The notes: generated by a model from the letters alone, not told the origin. A stretch of 21,721 bases of DNA from an uncultured virus (IMG/VR IMGVR_UViG_2651869679_000001) (IMGVR_UViG_2651869679_000001), one strand, 5' to 3'; numbered from the stretch's first letter, positions 7,956 through 16,612 are shown. A program made the numbers and translations.

Positions 7956-8042
7956 CTCCCTTCTGTATTAGTGTTTTATTATACTCATACACTATAGGTA
8001 TAAACATACATATAGTTAGCCTACACCTATAATATTTAGTTT
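7956..8042 (-). repeat. Dispersed intergenic repeat, copy B
   Basis: Homologous to 2381-2461. Minus-strand hairpin UAUUAUAGGUGUAGGC...GUUUAUACCUAUAGUG, then TATAAT and RBS AAGGGAG. Confidence 0.85.
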
Positions 8043-8048
8043 TACAGA

Positions 8049-8738
8049 TTAATAATCTTCTCTAAACCATATATCATATTCTTCTGGATCATTCCCACGA
8101 TCTAAAATGATTTTTGAACCATGTGCATATATCTTAAATAACAATTTATCTAATCCATACAAGCCACCTAAAATTTTATTCTTATCTATCTCATTGCCTT
8201 TTAGTTTTATACTATATGGCTTACCTTCTTTATTAATATCAATTTGGTAATCACAACTATATTGTTCTTCTTCATCTTCACTTAAATATATATGTTTGTA
8301 TCCAGAACTACGATTTTCAATAATTAAAGTAATCTTATCACCTTCATCATATTCCCATTCTTCTCTATAATCTTCACCCTTAAGTTTCTCTATTATTTCA
8401 CTTAATGTGTATTCCTCTTTTACATCTGATAGCATTTCCTCTGTTGTTTTTTTTATTTTTTCTATACCTTGAACAGTAATCGTTTTGTCTAATTGTTCTT
8501 TAATTGCAGCTAGTACAATTGTGTTATATCCTTCTATCCCTAAATTGCTTAAATCAATATTTAAATTTTTCTCTATATGTTCCTTAAGATTTTTACCAAA
8601 ATCACTCCATTCTCTAAAAACATCATCTACTATCTCTGTTATTGTTTTTTCTAATCTTTTCTGAACTACTTCCTCTACAAACTTTTCTTCCTCTAATTTA
8701 ACTAAACTATCATTTACAATTTTATTTATGTCTATCAT
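8049..8738 (-). CDS. Hypothetical acidic phage protein
   Basis: Probable start MIDINK at 8738, RBS AGGAGGG. Confidence 0.8.
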   Translation of the reverse strand: MIDINKIVNDSLVKLEEEKFVEEVVQKRLEKTITEIVDDVFREWSDFGKNLKEHIEKNLNIDLSNLGIEGYNTIVLAAIKEQLDKTITVQGIEKIKKTTEEMLSDVKEEYTLSEIIEKLKGEDYREEWEYDEGDKITLIIENRSSGYKHIYLSEDEEEQYSCDYQIDINKEGKPYSIKLKGNEIDKNKILGGLYGLDKLLFKIYAHGSKIILDRGNDPEEYDIWFREDY

Positions 8739-8755
8739 TTTTACCCTCCTATATT

Positions 8756-9037
8756 TTAATTCCAATTATAAACTTGAAATACTATTAACTTCTTAGTTTT
8801 CCAACCCCTTTTTCTTAGTTTCTTTAAATGTTTGCATATACTTTTCTTTAAACTGTAACCTTCTTCCTCTAAGGTATCTAACATACCTATGGCCACCTGT
8901 ATAACATCTAAAACTTCCTCTGCTATATGTTCTTTATCTTTCTCTTGTATTGCTTCTAGTACTTCTTTAGTTTCCTCTACAAGCTTGTCTGCTTGTTTTT
9001 CCCATGTGTCTTTTTTATCTAGTACCATTAATTGCAC
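8756..9037 (-). CDS. MazG-like nucleotide pyrophosphohydrolase
   Basis: KLVEETKEVLEAI...IAEEVLDVIQV: EExxE...EExxD all-alpha NTP-PPase motif. Confidence 0.8.
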   Translation of the reverse strand: MQLMVLDKKDTWEKQADKLVEETKEVLEAIQEKDKEHIAEEVLDVIQVAIGMLDTLEEEGYSLKKSICKHLKKLRKRGWKTKKLIVFQVYNWN

Positions 9038-9053
9038 TACTTTTCCATCCCCC

Positions 9054-9173
9054 TTAGCCTCTCATATTCTTTAAGATTAATTGCTCTAGTTCTTTACTCT
9101 TCTTTATGGTCCTTATATCATTTAAACCGTACTTCTCTATGCATTCATATAAGGCTTGTCTTGCATCTTCCAT
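9054..9173 (-). CDS. Spo0E-like aspartyl-phosphate phosphatase family peptide, 39 aa (not in track)
   Basis: MEDARQALYECIEKYGLNDIRTIKKSKELEQLILKNMRG*; RBS AGGAGG; YGL...TI..S.EL..LI pattern, with SQELD present as SKELE. Confidence 0.7.
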   Translation of the reverse strand: MEDARQALYECIEKYGLNDIRTIKKSKELEQLILKNMRG

Positions 9174-9179
9174 ATTAAA

Positions 9180-9506
9180 CTATTCCTCCTCTACACCATT
9201 ATTTTTATTTAATTCATATAACATTATTTCTCTTCCTTTTAGCTGTAGAGCCTTATTTAAGTCACCATATTGTTTGTATAACCTAACTACTTCATCTGCC
9301 CACAGATTAGCTCTTATCTTTAAATTTGATACTTCTTCCTGGTACTTGTCCAACAAACCTAAACTTTCTTCTAGTAATTCTCTATATTCTATATTGTTCT
9401 TTATGCCTTGCTTAAAGAGTACCTTTAATATTGCATTTTCTTCCCTAAGTTCTTCTATTTCTTTAGTAGCTTTAGTTTCTAATGCTTTAACTAATACAGT
9501 TATCAT
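9180..9506 (-). CDS. Coiled-coil hypothetical protein
   Basis: ORF track; tight operon packing. Confidence 0.75.
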   Translation of the reverse strand: MITVLVKALETKATKEIEELREENAILKVLFKQGIKNNIEYRELLEESLGLLDKYQEEVSNLKIRANLWADEVVRLYKQYGDLNKALQLKGREIMLYELNKNNGVEEE

Positions 9507-9507
9507 A

Positions 9508-10404
9508 TTAAGCTTCCCTCCTATATTGCCAATTTAATTTTCCTTGCTTTATAAGCTCTTTTCTCTTCCAAGATATGTTCCCAGTACTTCTTCCAAGTTC
9601 CCATGCTATTTCTCTATCTAAAGCACCTTTTTCTTTCATGTTTATTAAAGTTTCTATCTCCTCCTTTTTCCACGGTATGTTTACCTTTCTGGTTGGAACT
9701 AAACCTAATCTTTTAGATCTATGCCTTATACTGCTGCAACTACGATTTAATCTTTCTGCTATTTCTTTTAAGCTTAAATTGCTTTTCCACATATTTTTTA
9801 ATCTTCTATCCTCTAATTCATTCCAAAACTGATGTTGTCTTTTAGGTTTTTCTTTAAAGTCCTTTTTTCTTTCTAAATCAACCCAGCTAGGTTCTTTGCC
9901 TAATATGTTTCTTTCTAATTTAGAAAAATTAATTATTTCTTTGTTGTCTTTGGCCCATTTCCAAAAATCCTCTGTTTTTATTCTCCAAAACTTTCTTTTG
10001 CATCTAACTGCCTTATATTGTGCCTTTAGTGCTTTATTCTTTATCCATTTATCAACAACCACATGTGCATCTATTTTAAATACTTTTGCAATCTCTGCTG
10101 CTGTTAATTCACCTGTAGCTTCTAATGCACTAGAAAGTCCTAATCTACTAGCCTTAATTTCTATAGCATTTTCACTCCTACCAAGTTTTTTAGCTATTCT
10201 TTTAAGCGTTGTTTTACCATAACGTCTTTGCAAATATTCTTCTTCCTCTTGTGACCAAACACTATTTCTTGGTTTTATATTGTATTTTTTCATCAAATAT
10301 GATACTTTACTTTGATTAATATTTAATTTTTCTCCTACTTGTTTTTGTGTAAGTCCCTTGTTGTATAATTTTTTTATTTTTTCTATAATCTCCTTATTCT
10401 GCAT
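9508..10404 (-). CDS. Multi-HTH DNA-binding protein with Myb/SANT-like repeats
   Basis: WSQEEEEYL..IAKKLGRS, WNELEDRRL..IAERLNRS, WKKEEIETL..IAWELGRS plus an N-terminal HTH. Confidence 0.75.
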   Translation of the reverse strand: MQNKEIIEKIKKLYNKGLTQKQVGEKLNINQSKVSYLMKKYNIKPRNSVWSQEEEEYLQRRYGKTTLKRIAKKLGRSENAIEIKASRLGLSSALEATGELTAAEIAKVFKIDAHVVVDKWIKNKALKAQYKAVRCKRKFWRIKTEDFWKWAKDNKEIINFSKLERNILGKEPSWVDLERKKDFKEKPKRQHQFWNELEDRRLKNMWKSNLSLKEIAERLNRSCSSIRHRSKRLGLVPTRKVNIPWKKEEIETLINMKEKGALDREIAWELGRSTGNISWKRKELIKQGKLNWQYRREA

Positions 10405-10415
10405 CTCTAAACCTC

Positions 10416-10655
10416 CTATTCCTGTGGCATCTGGAATACAAAATCTCTAGTTGTTCTTTTCCCATTGTATATATCATCAAACCTTGTACCTTTTATCATT
10501 CTGTCTTGTATCTCATCCAATACTTCTAATGCTCTTTGTTCCGTAGCATATTCTCCTAGAAAATAATGAGCACCGTATACACTTTCTCCATCAATCTCTA
10601 TATTTTTACAACACACTAAAGTGTCTTTATTTTGACTTCTAATCCATATTCCCAT
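10416..10655 (-). CDS. Hypothetical phage protein
   Basis: ORF track; AAGGGGG RBS. Confidence 0.75.
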   Translation of the reverse strand: MGIWIRSQNKDTLVCCKNIEIDGESVYGAHYFLGEYATEQRALEVLDEIQDRMIKGTRFDDIYNGKRTTRDFVFQMPQE

Positions 10656-10666
10656 TTTTATCCCCC

Positions 10667-11488
10667 TTATGCTCTTAATCTATAATTATTTTCTTTTCCT
10701 GTAATCTCTACCGTATAATCCTTTGCCATTTCAATTATTCTACTTCCAACACCTTCATCAAAATTTAAAAGCGTATCTGCAGCAAATTCAGAACTAACTA
10801 TTATTGGTAAATAATTAAGATATCTGTAATTTATAATCTCAAACATAATGTTTATATCTGATTCAGTAACCTTACCTTTGAATAAATCATCTATTAACAA
10901 AATCTTCGCTAGTTGGTATTTACTTAGCTGCTTAATGTAATATTCTTTATCTAACATATTTTGTTTTATACTAGTAACCACATCTCTATATGGCATATAT
11001 ACTACTGGTATCTTCTTAATTTCTAAAAAATTTACTGCTAAAGCTATGCTTAAATGTGTTTTACCACTGCCAACTTGACCTATAAAAGCTATGCTATTAC
11101 GTCTTAAATCCTTTATATTTTCAAAATTTTTATAGTACTCAATTGCTGTATTTTTAGCTAGTTCAGTTATATCGTTATACGGAATATAGTTTCTAAAAGT
11201 TTGTTTAGACTGCTCTGGATTAATCCCTGAAGCTTTCCATAATCTTTTAGCTTTCTCAATTTGTTGGCACTTACACATTTTAAAAATAGGCTGACTATCT
11301 TCTCTTTCTTCTATAATCCATCCTGAACCATCACATTCTGTACAATTATTTTTCTCTTTTTCAAATGGATCATATAAGTCCTGTTGTATCGGTTTCTCCT
11401 TTAAGTTTTGGAGTTGGTGCTTTGTATCCTCCCCATTTGCTTTTGCTCTCTCCTGTATTCTTTTTATAATTTCTTCTATTGGCATCAC
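10667..11488 (-). CDS. DnaC/IstB-like helicase loader ATPase
   Basis: CxxC...CxC zinc site, Walker A GQVGSGKT, Walker B LLIDDL, INYRY, SRI.EM. Confidence 0.92.
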   Translation of the reverse strand: MMPIEEIIKRIQERAKANGEDTKHQLQNLKEKPIQQDLYDPFEKEKNNCTECDGSGWIIEEREDSQPIFKMCKCQQIEKAKRLWKASGINPEQSKQTFRNYIPYNDITELAKNTAIEYYKNFENIKDLRRNSIAFIGQVGSGKTHLSIALAVNFLEIKKIPVVYMPYRDVVTSIKQNMLDKEYYIKQLSKYQLAKILLIDDLFKGKVTESDINIMFEIINYRYLNYLPIIVSSEFAADTLLNFDEGVGSRIIEMAKDYTVEITGKENNYRLRA

Positions 11489-12182
11489 CCTTCACTTCCC
11501 TTTTTTCTTTAATTCCTCCACTAGCTTTCCATCTTTCCAATATGCTTTTAACATAGTCATATCTATGCACACCTGCTTCATCTGATATCTCTGCTGCTTT
11601 CATAACCCATTCCTTAGAATATATTTCTATATCTGCTGCTATCTTCTCTATGAGCATTGATGATAGTAATCCAAAATTACATTTTTCAAAGTGTTTAAAT
11701 ACTTCCATGTTTCCTTTACTACTATTACTACTATTAATATCTTTATTTAGTTTAATATCATTATTTAGTAGTCCGCCATTTCGCCTAATAGGCGTTTCGC
11801 CAGATAGGCATTTCGCCGAATAGGCATTTTGTCGTTTCGGCTCTTCTTTTGTACAAGTAGTTTCATCACTTTTTATGTTTTGAGGTATTTCATATATTGT
11901 ATAATCATATCCTCCAATTAACTTTCCATTAGAATCTCTCTTTAGTAATCTTTCTATATACCCATTAGTTTCAAGTTCTTTTATTGCTGTTCTTATAGCC
12001 TTTTCTCCATCTTTGCAATTTTTTTCTATCTCTGAACTATAAAACTCCCAATTATCTGGCCTACTTAGAAAATAACTCATTAAACCTTTAGCTTTTAAAC
12101 TTAATCTACCATCATAAACAAAGTACTTATTTAACATTACATAAGGATTTTCTTTATCCTTAATAACTCTAAAAACTGCCAT
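11370..12182 (-). CDS. Phage replication initiator (N-terminal wHTH, C-terminal DnaD-like domain)
   Basis: LSLKAKGL..Y.LSRPDNW..AIKELE..GY and YVKSILERW motifs; iterons inside; followed by the loader. Confidence 0.88.
   Translation of the reverse strand: MAVFRVIKDKENPYVMLNKYFVYDGRLSLKAKGLMSYFLSRPDNWEFYSSEIEKNCKDGEKAIRTAIKELETNGYIERLLKRDSNGKLIGGYDYTIYEIPQNIKSDETTCTKEEPKRQNAYSAKCLSGETPIRRNGGLLNNDIKLNKDINSSNSSKGNMEVFKHFEKCNFGLLSSMLIEKIAADIEIYSKEWVMKAAEISDEAGVHRYDYVKSILERWKASGGIKEKREVKGDANRRNYKKNTGESKSKWGGYKAPTPKLKGETDTTGLI
11775..11838. repeat. Iterons of the phage replication origin (4 x 16 bp)
   Basis: GCCATTTCGCCTAATA, GGCGTTTCGCCAGATA, GGCATTTCGCCGAATA, GGCATTTTGTCGTTTC in tandem, next to an AT-rich tract at about 11720-11770. 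Confidence 0.8.
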
Positions 12183-12208
12183 TATATCACCTTCTTTTGT
12201 TTTCTTTT

Positions 12209-12457
12209 TTATCTATAAATAAAGTAAGACATTGCTACAAAACTTCCAAATATTATTAATACTATTATTGCTAAAACCAAGTTAGCTAAGAATCTATATC
12301 TATACTCTTTACTTACTGCCTTTTTAGCTATTTTTAAAACTTTTATGCCATCTTCCCATATTGAATAATCATCACTTGATATAAAACTTTTACTATTGTC
12401 AATGAGATCATCTAATTGTCTTAAAACCTCTCTTCTTTTCATTTTTCTATCCCCCAT
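12209..12457 (-). CDS. Small protein with C-terminal transmembrane helix
   Basis: FLANLVLAIIVLIIFGSFVAMSYFIY hydrophobic stretch. Confidence 0.7.
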   Translation of the reverse strand: MGDRKMKRREVLRQLDDLIDNSKSFISSDDYSIWEDGIKVLKIAKKAVSKEYRYRFLANLVLAIIVLIIFGSFVAMSYFIYR

Positions 12458-12490
12458 GTATATTTTTTCTATTCTGTCATATACTAAATA

Positions 12491-12520
12491 TTGAAATAGT
12501 GTGTTTGCACGTTGTATAAT
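12491..12520 (+). promoter_or_regulatory. Antisense SigA-type promoter
   Basis: TTGAAA-N18-TATAAT. Confidence 0.6.
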
Positions 12521-12524
12521 GGAG

Positions 12525-12606
12525 ACAAGAGCTTTGCAGAGCTCTTATCCAGTTTTTATAGAAACATTAATCAAGTGGGTGCTTTGCAGAGCACCTATTT
12601 GCTTTC
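12525..12606 (+). ncRNA. Candidate antisense small RNA with twin hairpins
   Basis: GCTTTGCAGAGC at 12531 and 12581 caps two different stems; G-U pairs favour the plus strand. Confidence 0.5.
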
Positions 12607-12771
12607 ATCTTCCATAGTTTTAAATACTATTTCATCAGCGTTTTCATCATATTCTACTTTGCTTATAAAGTGTTCTGGATTCTCCCAATCATAAATTTTA
12701 AATCCATTTCTATTCAAGCTACTTATCTGTGCATTTATATTTTGTATTAGTGCTCTAAAAGAATTATCCAA
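12595..12771 (-). CDS. Small hypothetical protein, 58 aa (not in track)
   Basis: TTG start, RBS GAAGGTGAG: MDNSFRALIQNINAQISSLNRNGFKIYDWENPEHFISKVEYDENADEIVFKTMEDESK*. Confidence 0.75.
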   Translation of the reverse strand: MDNSFRALIQNINAQISSLNRNGFKIYDWENPEHFISKVEYDENADEIVFKTMEDESK

Positions 12772-12786
12772 ACTCTCACCTTCTTT

Positions 12787-12933
12787 CTAAAATGGTACTA
12801 CCAAATCATATTTATATATTTCATCTATAATACTTTTTGCCTCATCCTTTAGTTTCTCTATTCTTTCTTCTTCAGCATATTTCAAAAGCAAATTCAAACG
12901 GTATATTAATGCATCTTTATCTCTCTTATCCAT
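12787..12933 (-). CDS. Small hypothetical protein, 48 aa (not in track)
   Basis: RBS GAGGTG: MDKRDKDALIYRLNLLLKYAEEERIEKLKDEAKSIIDEIYKYDLVVPF*. Confidence 0.75.
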   Translation of the reverse strand: MDKRDKDALIYRLNLLLKYAEEERIEKLKDEAKSIIDEIYKYDLVVPF

Positions 12934-12935
12934 AG

Positions 12936-13817
12936 TTACACCTCTTGGTCTTGTAAGAATGGAGCTACATCTTCATTATTTTCATTAACTTTTATTTCGT
13001 CTGTGGTATCTAAATTATTGATTTCTACTGCATCTACATCAACATAATTAAAGTTATTTAGTTTTTCTTCTTTTGCCTCTGCTTTATAATCCATATCTAA
13101 TGCTTTAGCCATTTCAACACTTTTAGGTGCATACTTAAGAACATCTAACAATACTGTCTTCTTGGCCATACTATCAAAGTTTTTGAACCACACTGAATTC
13201 TTATTAACATTACCCTTGTAAGTGTAATTTTTTGAGAATTCTCTTGCATGATGTTCTACTCTTTCTCTGGACCATACTACAAAGTCAAATCCACCATTTT
13301 TAAGTTTATATACAGCATAGTAGTGAGTAACTTCATTACTAGGAATATCTGCAGGTTTATGCACTAAAGTTTTGTGTAATCCATATTCATACTCGAATTC
13401 ATCACCTTTTCTAACTTCATGAGCATATATAGCTTCATATTCTCCCGTATTAAATGCCATCTTTAGAATACCTTTGTATCCTACTTGAAAGTTAACCTCT
13501 GTTATCCCTTGTTTATTATTTTTATAAGGTATTACATAAGCTTCTCCAAGTACTGTATTAGGTTCTAAGCCACATTGAGCACTTTGCATTAATGCACTCA
13601 AGAAACTTGTAGTATCTGCCTCCCAGAATTGAGGATTTCCATTAAATAAACTTAATGCAATTCTGCTAAATCTTTCAGGTGTCATTGTTTTTCCCACCGC
13701 TTTTTTTATTTCAGGCAGCATCTTTTCTAATGCACTTTGCATTTTCTTTTGTGGTGTCAATTGAACATTTTGTGTTGTTTGCTTATTTGCAACCAAACCT
13801 CCATTTACATTGGCCAT
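12936..13817 (-). CDS. recT: RecT-family single-strand annealing protein
   Basis: SAQCGLEPN..LGEAYVIPY, FQVGYKG, W..NFDSMAKKTV. Confidence 0.95.
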   Translation of the reverse strand: MANVNGGLVANKQTTQNVQLTPQKKMQSALEKMLPEIKKAVGKTMTPERFSRIALSLFNGNPQFWEADTTSFLSALMQSAQCGLEPNTVLGEAYVIPYKNNKQGITEVNFQVGYKGILKMAFNTGEYEAIYAHEVRKGDEFEYEYGLHKTLVHKPADIPSNEVTHYYAVYKLKNGGFDFVVWSRERVEHHAREFSKNYTYKGNVNKNSVWFKNFDSMAKKTVLLDVLKYAPKSVEMAKALDMDYKAEAKEEKLNNFNYVDVDAVEINNLDTTDEIKVNENNEDVAPFLQDQEV

Positions 13818-13829
13818 TACTACTCCTCC

Positions 13830-14879
13830 TTATTTACATTTAGTAATTCTCATATTTACAAATTCTGTTTGACCTTTGAGTATATTTTTATATGTTACTG
13901 GGTATTTTTCTTTAAGTGTTTTAGTATCTAAATTATCTCTTTTAACTTCAAATCTACTTATTTTAAACATTCCATCAGTCCCTTTTTTACTATCTCCCAA
14001 ATCTAAATATATAAGTTGTTTCAATTGTTCTTTTTCTTTTTTTAAGTCTTTAATCTGTGCATCCACTTCTTTGTATTTAGCTAATTTATTTTCACTTATA
14101 TTAACCTCTAAGTCATTATCCAATGCTTGTTGATATAATATATCCTTTGTTTCACATTCAAGGCCTACAGGCATTGGTGGTATTTTTTTTACAATATTGT
14201 TATTCCAAAAATTCTTCCCTATTTCAAACAAAGCTTTTATATCATCATCATTTCTAGGTACTACCTTCCACTTGACTTCCTTATCTAACAAATAAATTAT
14301 TAAGAAATATTTTAATCCTGTAATGCCCATATACCATTGAACTTGACAATAGTATTCATCTGGAATTTCTTCACCTTGCCACATTTGATTTAAAAATGCA
14401 CTTGCTGTTTTAATTTCAATACCTATCAATTCACCTGCAGGTATAAACTTTATTTCTCCTGTGTCTAGATTTTCATAGAATCTATAGTCCTGTTCTAATT
14501 TAGCCAAACCATCTATATTAGCACTAAAGTATTCATATTCTTTATGGATCATCATGTATGGGTATTCATATGTCTTTAACTTAATATCTGTTTCTTTTTC
14601 AAAATCTTCTTGTACCCACTCTCTTATTAAAGGCTCCATTCTATTACCAAACTTAGTGTGAATATTACCTTTAAATTTCTCACTTAATCCAAGCTTTTCA
14701 TTAAATACTGTAAGGGCTGAACCGTACTTGCTAAAACCTGCAACCTTTGCTATCTCTGATCCACCTATACTATTACCTCTTTGATTTAACCATTTAGTTC
14801 TTTCTTCATTATCTTCCCTAGCATCAAATATAACTTTGACATTAAGAAATAAGTTTTTATCTTCTATAAATTCAACCAT
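13830..14879 (-). CDS. YqaJ-like viral recombinase exonuclease
   Basis: WL..R...IGGSE, GNRMEP, ANIDG, EIKT, Y.CQVQWYM. Confidence 0.93.
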   Translation of the reverse strand: MVEFIEDKNLFLNVKVIFDAREDNEERTKWLNQRGNSIGGSEIAKVAGFSKYGSALTVFNEKLGLSEKFKGNIHTKFGNRMEPLIREWVQEDFEKETDIKLKTYEYPYMMIHKEYEYFSANIDGLAKLEQDYRFYENLDTGEIKFIPAGELIGIEIKTASAFLNQMWQGEEIPDEYYCQVQWYMGITGLKYFLIIYLLDKEVKWKVVPRNDDDIKALFEIGKNFWNNNIVKKIPPMPVGLECETKDILYQQALDNDLEVNISENKLAKYKEVDAQIKDLKKEKEQLKQLIYLDLGDSKKGTDGMFKISRFEVKRDNLDTKTLKEKYPVTYKNILKGQTEFVNMRITKCK

Positions 14880-14890
14880 TCATTTTCCCC

Positions 14891-16588
14891 CTAACCTATC
14901 TTTTCTATCTCAAATTCATCACTCATAGTTGAAGTAACAAAATATTGATATTCATCACTGCTCATTTCTTCAAGCAACTTAGTTTGCGCCTTAGGATTTA
15001 AGCTTTCAAACTTATCAATGCATATAACTTTTAATTCTCCTGCTTGTGCTTTTGCGATTCTCATAGCAAGTTCTAGTTTCTCTCCATCACTTAATCCATC
15101 AATTAAAGTATTATTAATTCTTATAAAACCTTCTGCATCTACACTTATCCCTTCTATAGGCATTTTTGCAGTTTTTAAAAGTTCTCCTGGAAGTTCTCTA
15201 GCTTTATCTATCCTTGCAGTTAAATCATTACTGTATCTTTCTTTAGCTGCTAACTTGTTATCTCTAATGTCTACCATCCTATCCCATTCTCTTAAATAAC
15301 TTTGCATATCTGCTACTTCATCAGCTTGCTTTTGTAAAGGTTCAATATCTTTAACTTCATTATTCTTTAAGTATTCTGCAGCCTTACCAACCCTAATTTC
15401 TTCTTTTTCTATTTCAGCAGTTATTTTTTCATCTACTGCTTTTATTTCAGCCTTCTCTAAATCATCAATCCCTAATAGTTCCTGCTCTTTAGAAGAAATT
15501 TTGTTTTCATTTATAGAAATTAAATCCTTAGATTCTTCTTTTGTTAACTCTAATTGTTTCTTTAAATTTTCTTTATCTTTATTAGCCTTTGTATCAACCA
15601 CTGAAATTCTTTCACTATATTCAGCTTGAAGTTCTTGAATTTTAGCTTGAAGCTCTGATTCTAAATCAGCCTTAGCCTTTTGATTATCTAATTCAATATT
15701 TTTTGATCCAGTTGCATAAGTTACATCTAATCCATTAATAGTTTCTTTTGCTTTTTCTATCTTAGATTTAGAAAGCTCTATAATGTCTTTAATATCTTGT
15801 CTTTGGTCTTTAAATTTAAGCTGTATCTTTGATTTTTCGCTTTCTCCATTCGATTTTATTGCATTAACTTTATCCTCAAAATTTGCTTGAAGAGCCTTAG
15901 CTTCCTCTATCCAATGATTAATCTTTTGAACCTCTGCTACTTTGTTGTAATAGTCTTGAACCTTCTTTTCTCTCCAAACTTCTCCATCATATTCTGCAGG
16001 AAGTTCATCTAAAATAACCCTAATCTGAGTTTTAAATTCTCTTATGTCTCTATTGATTTCTTCCCTATCCTTGTAGTATTTTAGTTCTATAGCTTTGAGT
16101 ATTTGGAGAATGTGTTGTTCATAGTCTATATTGCTAGGAAGTTCGTCAAACCAATTAATAATATTTTCTTTGTTCCAGCCTATCTCCAACATACTTAGAA
16201 TAGATTTTGTTTGCTCTTTAATATTCATGTTTACCCAATCTAAAGGTCTAAATATATCTCCATTTATAAGGCTTCTTAGAAACTTTTCTGTACTTGGAAC
16301 TGCTCCATCTTCTTTTCTACACTTTAAGTAATCAGATTTTTCAGTTCTTATCCTTCTATCAACTTCTAATCCATTATCAAGTTCTATCAAAAGTGTGGAT
16401 TCATCTGTTCCATGTCTTACTACTTCTGTACGCCTATTTTTATTAGTAAATGTTTTTTCTATAGCTTCAATTATGCTACTTTTCCCACTTCCTTTAGGTC
16501 CTTTAATGAGATTAATCTTGCTACAATCTAAACCTAATTCTTCAAGTCCTAAAAAGTTCTTAATATTTAACTTTTTAATTTTACTCAT
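14891..16588 (-). CDS. SMC/Rad50-like ABC ATPase with long coiled coil
   Basis: IKNFLG, Walker A GPKGSGKSS, central coiled coil, signature LSDGE, Walker B ICIDKFE. Confidence 0.88.
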   Translation of the reverse strand: MSKIKKLNIKNFLGLEELGLDCSKINLIKGPKGSGKSSIIEAIEKTFTNKNRRTEVVRHGTDESTLLIELDNGLEVDRRIRTEKSDYLKCRKEDGAVPSTEKFLRSLINGDIFRPLDWVNMNIKEQTKSILSMLEIGWNKENIINWFDELPSNIDYEQHILQILKAIELKYYKDREEINRDIREFKTQIRVILDELPAEYDGEVWREKKVQDYYNKVAEVQKINHWIEEAKALQANFEDKVNAIKSNGESEKSKIQLKFKDQRQDIKDIIELSKSKIEKAKETINGLDVTYATGSKNIELDNQKAKADLESELQAKIQELQAEYSERISVVDTKANKDKENLKKQLELTKEESKDLISINENKISSKEQELLGIDDLEKAEIKAVDEKITAEIEKEEIRVGKAAEYLKNNEVKDIEPLQKQADEVADMQSYLREWDRMVDIRDNKLAAKERYSNDLTARIDKARELPGELLKTAKMPIEGISVDAEGFIRINNTLIDGLSDGEKLELAMRIAKAQAGELKVICIDKFESLNPKAQTKLLEEMSSDEYQYFVTSTMSDEFEIEKIG

Positions 16589-16612
16589 TTTAAAACTTCC
16601 TCCTTCAATCTT

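Noticed and set aside
11775..12600. Iterons or twin hairpins as a CRISPR/mini-array
   Set aside because: Iterons have no spacers. The hairpin identity is only 12 bp in two copies, and no cas gene is present.
12512..12694. 60-aa plus-strand ORF
   Set aside because: Starts within the predicted -10 region, lacks an RBS and overlaps a better minus-strand ORF; an RNA reading fits better.
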